A DNA stretch of 64,000 nucleotides from Pseudomonadota bacterium (lineage in GTDB: Bacteria; Pseudomonadota; Gammaproteobacteria; Steroidobacterales; MnTg04). The notes beneath the pieces were generated by a model. The model was not told the origin of the DNA, made no database searches, and saw only the letters and a program-made list of their open reading frames with translations. Shown here piece by piece: positions 58,466 to 64,000 of the stretch (position 1 is its first letter; each line of letters opens with the position of its first letter). The translations under genes and the position numbers were made by a program. The stretch lies in the NCBI GenBank assembly GCA_022560735.1, contig JADFSO010000007.1:18980-82979 (forward strand). The letters run 5' to 3'.

Positions 58466-59037
58466 TTATGAACAGTAGAAATTCTGCCAATCATTTCTTG
58501 CTGGCCCTGGTGTTGATGCTGGGCATGCCCGTAACAAGCCCGGCACAGGAACAACCGGCCGCAGTCATCGACGGGTCCGATAACCGTGAGTTTCGCAGTC
58601 TCGACGACGACATACAGGATCTCAAGCAGGAGGTGCTGGCGCTAAATCGCGATCTGTTCATCCTCGAGGAGGAACTGCTTTTTCCGGCGAATACCCAGGT
58701 CGCGGTATTCGTATCCATGGATGTCGGCACTTTTTTCAGCCTCGACTCCGTACAGATCAAGTTGGACGACAAGGAAGTCTCCAACTACCTGTATACCGAA
58801 CGTGAAGCAAAGGCGCTGCTAAACGGCGGCGTTCACCGTATTTACCTGGGTAATCTGCGCACCGGCAAGCATGAACTGGTCGCCTTTTTCACCGGCAAAG
58901 GAACGCACGATCGGGATTATCGCCGGGGGGCCAGCTTGCAATTCGAAAAAGGCGTGGGGGCGAAGTTTGTCGAACTCAAAATCAGCGACCGGCAAAGCAA
59001 ACTGCAGCCGGAGTTCGTGATCGAGGAATGGGAGTAG
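58462..59037 (+). CDS. exported coiled-coil/beta protein
   Basis: Signal peptide; LKQEVLALNRDLFILEEELLFP, YLYTERE..AL..GGV.RIYLGNL..GKHEL; no HTH visible. Confidence 0.75.
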   Translation: MIMNSRNSANHFLLALVLMLGMPVTSPAQEQPAAVIDGSDNREFRSLDDDIQDLKQEVLALNRDLFILEEELLFPANTQVAVFVSMDVGTFFSLDSVQIKLDDKEVSNYLYTEREAKALLNGGVHRIYLGNLRTGKHELVAFFTGKGTHDRDYRRGASLQFEKGVGAKFVELKISDRQSKLQPEFVIEEWE

Positions 59038-60903
59038 ATGAAGGGACGCATTCACCAGTTGTTGATCGCATTTACGCTGTGCCTTGCTGGCGCGGCGCAG
59101 TTGCATGCGGATGAGGATTCCCTGGAGATTGGCCAGGTTCGGAATCTGCCGTTTGGCGAGGTGCTGTTTTATTTCTACCAGGATGATTATTTCCCGGCCC
59201 TGACCCGGCTGATGGCCGCACAACATCGGGGCGAGCTGGACGATCACGCCGATGACGCGGAGTTGCTGCGGGGCGGCATGATGCTGTCCTATGGTCTGCA
59301 TCGTGATGCCGGCGAGATTTTTAATCGCCTGCTGGATCGCAAGGCGCCCCGGCCGGTCAAGGACAGGGCCTGGTATTTTCTTGCCAGGATCTGGTTCCAG
59401 CGCGGTTATTACGAACGCGCCGAGACGGCGCTGGCTCGCATACTCGCGCCCCTGCCGGAGCACATGCAGGAGCGTCACATGATGCTCAGGGCCCAGGTCA
59501 TGATGGCGCGTGGTGACTTCAATGCCGCCTCCCGCCTGCTGGATGATTGGCGCAGCGATGGCGATCTGGCGAACTTCGCACGCTACAACCTGGGCGTGGC
59601 CCTGGTCCGCCAGGGCAGGCTGAGCGAGGCCACGAGCCAGCTTGAACGGGTCGGGCGCATACGCACCACCGATCTGGAAATGCTGGCGCTGAGAGATCGC
59701 GCCAATCTCGCATTGGGTTTCGCGCTGATCCAGGACCAGCAAGGCCATGCCGCACGCAAAGTGCTTGGCAGGGTTCGCCTGTCCGGGCCGTTTTCCAGCA
59801 AGGCCTTGCTGGGCGCGGGCTGGGCCGACAGCCTGGCCGAGGACTACCAGCGGGCGCTGGTTCCCTGGGGCGCGCTGCAAGATCATCATCTGCTCGACTC
59901 GGCGGTGCTGGAATCCTTGCTGGCCGTGCCCTATGCGCTGGGAAAATTGCAGGCGAACCGGCACGCCGCCGATGCCTATTTGAGTGCAATCCAGGCCTAT
60001 GCGCGGGAGACAGACCAACTGGACCAGGCAATTGCGCGCATGCGTTCGGGCGAGTATCTCAGCCAGCTGCTGCAGGATGACGCGGTAAACGATCCGGGCT
60101 GGAGCTGGCGGCTAAAGACCATTCCGGACAGCAACGAAAGTCGTTACCTGTATTTACTCGTTGCCAGCCATCGATTTCAGGAGGGGCTGAGAAATTATCG
60201 CGATTTACGTTTCCTGCAATACAACCTGGGGCAGTGGTTGCAGAGCCTGGCCGCATTTGACGACATGCTGGACACGCGTGAGCTCGCTTATGCGCAACGC
60301 GAACCCGCGGTGGTTCGGGCGATCGATGAAGTCGATCTCGATTCACTGGCCAGGCGGCAACTGGAGTTTGCGGCCAGGATTTCCGAAATCGACGAAAACA
60401 GCGACTACCTGGCGCTGGCCAGCGCCGCTGAGCAAAGCCAAAACCATCGACTGCGATTGGTCGAAAAGAAACTCGCTCTGCTGCCGTATGGCTCGGAGAC
60501 CAGCGATCTGCGGAAAAAACAACGTCTGTTGGCCGGGGTGCTGAACTGGCGGCTGGAAGCGAGATTCAAAGAGCGGTTGTGGCGGCAAAAGAAAACCCTG
60601 AACGATCTTGACATTGCGATGCTGGACGCGCGGCGACGCAGCGCGAAGGTTTCGCGGGCGCGTACGGAAATGCCCGCCAGATTCGTCCGTTACCGGCAAA
60701 CCATCGATGGCTTGCGACCGCGGGTGCGGGCGATGATCGAGCAGGCCGCAATTATTGCGGCTACCCAGCAGGCGTTTTTGCAGTCGCTGGCGATCGCCGA
60801 GCTGGAAGCGCAGAAGCAACGCCTTTACACCTATCGCGTGCAGGCACGATTTGCCCTGGCGACCATTTATGATCGTGCGACGACGCAGGGGTTTTCGCCA
60901 TGA
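59038..60903 (+). CDS. exported TPR protein with coiled-coil C-terminus
   Basis: Signal peptide; GEVLFYFYQ..YF.ALT.L, ARYNLGVAL, DRANLALG, ALLGAGW, ARFALATIYD. Confidence 0.82.
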   Translation: MKGRIHQLLIAFTLCLAGAAQLHADEDSLEIGQVRNLPFGEVLFYFYQDDYFPALTRLMAAQHRGELDDHADDAELLRGGMMLSYGLHRDAGEIFNRLLDRKAPRPVKDRAWYFLARIWFQRGYYERAETALARILAPLPEHMQERHMMLRAQVMMARGDFNAASRLLDDWRSDGDLANFARYNLGVALVRQGRLSEATSQLERVGRIRTTDLEMLALRDRANLALGFALIQDQQGHAARKVLGRVRLSGPFSSKALLGAGWADSLAEDYQRALVPWGALQDHHLLDSAVLESLLAVPYALGKLQANRHAADAYLSAIQAYARETDQLDQAIARMRSGEYLSQLLQDDAVNDPGWSWRLKTIPDSNESRYLYLLVASHRFQEGLRNYRDLRFLQYNLGQWLQSLAAFDDMLDTRELAYAQREPAVVRAIDEVDLDSLARRQLEFAARISEIDENSDYLALASAAEQSQNHRLRLVEKKLALLPYGSETSDLRKKQRLLAGVLNWRLEARFKERLWRQKKTLNDLDIAMLDARRRSAKVSRARTEMPARFVRYRQTIDGLRPRVRAMIEQAAIIAATQQAFLQSLAIAELEAQKQRLYTYRVQARFALATIYDRATTQGFSP

Positions 60904-63695
60904 ATGCCGTTGCCTGGACAGTGATCGCCGGTTTGTCGCTGTGGCCGTTTGGCAGCAAGAACGACGATGCGGATGTCGAGACCATCGACAGCCTGGATCG
61001 GCAAAAACCGGTGCTGGTTGAGAAAAACAACCCCGATGCCAGCGGGCAGAACGCGATCCGGAACTATCGCGAATTTCTGCGGCTTTATCCGGATGATCCC
61101 GATTTGCGTGCCGAAGCCATGCGCAGGCTGGCCGATCTGCAGCTCGAAGCCGGTGAGGAGCGGATGATCGAAGGTGACCTGGCGATGTTGCAGGGCATCG
61201 AGTACCGCGATGCGGTGCATCTTTACGAGTCCCTGTTAAAACAGAATCCAACCGCCCCGAATAACGATCGTATCCTCTACCAGCTTGCGCGGGCATACGA
61301 AAACACCAACCAGACGGAGAAGGCGCTGGTCGCGCTCGACCAGTTGGTCGGTCAGTATCCCGATTCGCCGATGGCGATCGAGGCGCAATTCCGCCGCGGC
61401 GAAATACTTTTTGTCGCCAAGCGGTATTACCCGGCACAACAGGCCTATGCCGGGGTGGTCGCCGGTGACGATGAGTCCCGCTACTACCAACAGTCCCTGT
61501 ACAAACTTGGCTGGTCGATGTTCAAGCAGGGTGAGTACGAAGACGGCCTGGATGCGTTTTTCGAGTTGCTCGATCGTCGCCTGATCGATGATCAGGGGGA
61601 ACTGATATCGACCGATTTCATGACCCGCCCGGAGCGCGAGCTGATAGACGACGCGTTTCGAGTCAGCAGCATCAGTATTTCCTATCTCGAAGGACCCGCG
61701 ACGCTGGATCGCAGAATGGCCGGCGATACGCCGCCGGTTTATGTCTACCGTCTTTACCAGGGGCTTGGCGACCTGTACCTGGAAAAGGAACGTTACCAGG
61801 ACGCGGCCGAAAGCTATCGTTCCTTTGCGCTAAACCAGCCGCTGCACGAATTGGCGCCGTTGATGCGGACGCGGGTGATCGATACCTACAAGGCGGGCCA
61901 TTTCCCATCCCTGGTGTTGCGGGCCAAACAGGAATTCGTAGACGAATATGATGTCGACAGCGCCTACTGGACCCGACACGACTGGCGGTCCCGAATCGAA
62001 GTGACCGGTCTTTTGCAGGAGCATCTCGATGATCTCGCAACCCATTACCACGCGGTTTCACAGGATGCCGAAGACCCGGAATCTTATGCGCTCGCCGCGG
62101 ATTATTATCGACGCCTGATCCGTGCTTTCCCGGATGATCCCGCCGCCGCCGAAGCCAACTTCCTGCTGGCCGAAATTCTGTTCGATGCCGGTGAATACGA
62201 AGATTCGGCGATCGAGTACGAGCGCACCGCGTATTCCTATCCTTTGTCACCGCATGCGGCGGAAGCCGCTTACGCCGCGGTACTGGCATACCAGGCCCAT
62301 GAGCCGTCTCTGGCAGGTCAGGCTCGCGCAGATTGGCATTTGATGGGGATCGATTCCGCATTGCGCTTTGCCGGGCGCTTCCCGGAACACTTGGAAAGTC
62401 TGCCCGTGCAGACACAGGCAGCCGAAGACTTGTACGAACTCGGCGAATTGCAGGGCGCATTGGCGGCCGCACAGCCGGTACTGGGCGCACAGAACGCGCC
62501 CGATGAGCTGAAGCGCGTCGCCTGGACCGTCGATGGCCACAGCAATTTCGATCTGAACAATTATCCGGCGGCGGAAGTCGCCTATCTCAAGGTCCGCGAG
62601 CTGACGCCAGCCGATAATCCAGGCCTGCCCGATCTCGAGGAGCGGATCGCTTCGTCTGTTTACAAGCAGGGTGAAATTGAGCGCGACAACGGCGATCTGG
62701 AAATGGCCGTCATGCACTTTGCCAGGGTCGGCGAAATGGCGCCCGGATCGAAGATCGTGGTGACCGCCGATTACGATGCGGCCGCGGCTTTACTCGCGAT
62801 GGAAGACTGGTATCGGGCGGCACCGGCACTGGAAGGATTTCGCCGCAAGTATCCCGATCACGAGTCGATCGCCGATATCGGCCGCAGCCTGGCGCAAAGC
62901 TATGAAAAATCGGGCCAGGAGCTGGCGGCCGCGACCGAGTACCGGCGTATCGCGGACGACGAAACGGAGCCCGCCGAGGTCAGGCGCGAGGCGCTGTGGC
63001 ATACCGCCGAGTTGCTGGAGAGCCAGGCGGCGGTCGATGATGCGGCTGAAGTCTGGCAGGAATTTATCAAGCGTCACCCATCGCCGATCGACGATTCGAT
63101 GCAACTGCGTGAAAAACTGGTTGCCTATCACGCCGGCCGGGCCGACGAAAAAGAACGGATCTCGTGGTTGCGGGCAATCGTTGCCGCCGATGCCGCGGCT
63201 GGTGAATCGCGCAGTGACTACAGCCGAACAGTCGCGGCAAAGGCGTCGCTCGACCTGGCACGGCCGAAATTGATTTCATACGTCTCGATCAAGCTCAAAA
63301 TTCCGTTAAAGGACAGCCTGGCGATGAAAAAGAACTTCATGGAGCAGGCATTGGCCGCGTATGCTGCCGCCGCCGATTACGGGATCGCCGAAGTAACAAC
63401 GGAGGCAACCTTTCAAATTGCGGAAATTTATCACCAGCTCAGCCGGGATCTGATGGATTCACAAAGACCGAAAGAGCTGAGCGCGGAGGAGATCGAACAG
63501 TACGACATCTTGCTCGAGGAACAGGCATACCCGTTCGAAGAACAGGCAATCGAAATTCACCAGGCGAACACGGAGAGGGCAGCCAGCGGGTTTTACAACG
63601 AATGGGTACGGGCCAGTTTCGAGGAATTGGCGAAACTCTCGCCGGCACGATATGCGAAGGCGGAAATCAGTGAAAACCATATCAACACAATGTAG
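60900..63695 (+). CDS. large TPR repeat protein
   Basis: Many TPR motifs (LYQLARAYE, FRRGEILF, LYKLGWS); C-terminal QYDILLEEQAYPFEEQAIEIH..N; ATGA overlap. Confidence 0.85.
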   Translation: MNAVAWTVIAGLSLWPFGSKNDDADVETIDSLDRQKPVLVEKNNPDASGQNAIRNYREFLRLYPDDPDLRAEAMRRLADLQLEAGEERMIEGDLAMLQGIEYRDAVHLYESLLKQNPTAPNNDRILYQLARAYENTNQTEKALVALDQLVGQYPDSPMAIEAQFRRGEILFVAKRYYPAQQAYAGVVAGDDESRYYQQSLYKLGWSMFKQGEYEDGLDAFFELLDRRLIDDQGELISTDFMTRPERELIDDAFRVSSISISYLEGPATLDRRMAGDTPPVYVYRLYQGLGDLYLEKERYQDAAESYRSFALNQPLHELAPLMRTRVIDTYKAGHFPSLVLRAKQEFVDEYDVDSAYWTRHDWRSRIEVTGLLQEHLDDLATHYHAVSQDAEDPESYALAADYYRRLIRAFPDDPAAAEANFLLAEILFDAGEYEDSAIEYERTAYSYPLSPHAAEAAYAAVLAYQAHEPSLAGQARADWHLMGIDSALRFAGRFPEHLESLPVQTQAAEDLYELGELQGALAAAQPVLGAQNAPDELKRVAWTVDGHSNFDLNNYPAAEVAYLKVRELTPADNPGLPDLEERIASSVYKQGEIERDNGDLEMAVMHFARVGEMAPGSKIVVTADYDAAAALLAMEDWYRAAPALEGFRRKYPDHESIADIGRSLAQSYEKSGQELAAATEYRRIADDETEPAEVRREALWHTAELLESQAAVDDAAEVWQEFIKRHPSPIDDSMQLREKLVAYHAGRADEKERISWLRAIVAADAAAGESRSDYSRTVAAKASLDLARPKLISYVSIKLKIPLKDSLAMKKNFMEQALAAYAAAADYGIAEVTTEATFQIAEIYHQLSRDLMDSQRPKELSAEEIEQYDILLEEQAYPFEEQAIEIHQANTERAASGFYNEWVRASFEELAKLSPARYAKAEISENHINTM

Positions 63696-64000
63696 GGGCT
63701 TGCTGCTGGCTCTGCTGGTGTCGATCATGCTCAGCGCCTGTTCGACGCTGCCGGTCGGCATGTTTTCGAGTTCCGCGAACCGCGAAAATCCCGCAGCGTA
63801 CGAAGAAGCGCTGGCTTTGATGGATAGCGGGCATCTCGAGGCCGCCGAAACGACGTTGCTGCGCCTGACAAAACGCTACCGCCGGTCCGCCGGGCCGTGG
63901 ATCAATCTATCGATTATTTATGCGCGAACCCAGCGCCATGAACAGGCCGAGGCGGCATTGAACCGCGCCCTGGAGCTGGACCCGCGCAGCGCGGTTGCCT
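63670..64000 (+). CDS. TPR lipoprotein (3' truncated by window; not in ORF track)
   Basis: GTG 63670; lipobox LSAC; YEEALALM, GPWINLSIIY...AEAALNRALELDP. Confidence 0.78.
   Translation, partial: MKTISTQCRGLLLALLVSIMLSACSTLPVGMFSSSANRENPAAYEEALALMDSGHLEAAETTLLRLTKRYRRSAGPWINLSIIYARTQRHEQAEAALNRALELDPRSAVA

Noticed and set aside
58462-59037. Transcriptional regulator within the operon
   Set aside because: It has a signal peptide and no HTH, so it is more likely a periplasmic structural subunit.

Overview
GC-rich bacterial chromosomal window; gene content and style suggest a gammaproteobacterium (inference only). No rRNA, tRNA, CRISPR array or intact transposase seen. Main contents: (1) 0-12 kb: mixed enzymes and small regulators (threonine aldolase, alkaline phosphatase, OsmC, ArfB, EamA, an amidohydrolase-methyltransferase fusion, SPFH plus an Arc-like regulator missed by the ORF track). 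(2) A glyoxylate shunt aceB-aceA with a divergent XRE regulator and a triple 14-bp-period direct repeat. (3) Three tandem paralogous lipoproteins. (4) A decaying 29-39 kb zone with gene fragments, an apparently catalytically dead S9 peptidase, a frameshifted TonB receptor and two families of REP-like repeats, plus icd. (5) A membrane-spanning STAND/AAA NTPase with P-domain and WD40 repeats, divergent from a small protein kinase. (6) A FixL-FixJ-pseudo-receiver-Fnr oxygen-sensing cluster with candidate shared operator sites. (7) The best candidate for a poorly described system: ApbE followed by a c-di-GMP-I riboswitch heading a long operon that runs off the window. It encodes a hydrazine-synthase-alpha-like triheme lipoprotein, a Cys-rich lipoprotein, two outer-membrane barrels, TlpA, a CxC-tailed DUF4266-like lipoprotein, a DUF3570-like barrel with an SGAS flavinylation motif, and large TPR proteins. 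All family assignments come from motif recognition by eye, not database searches.
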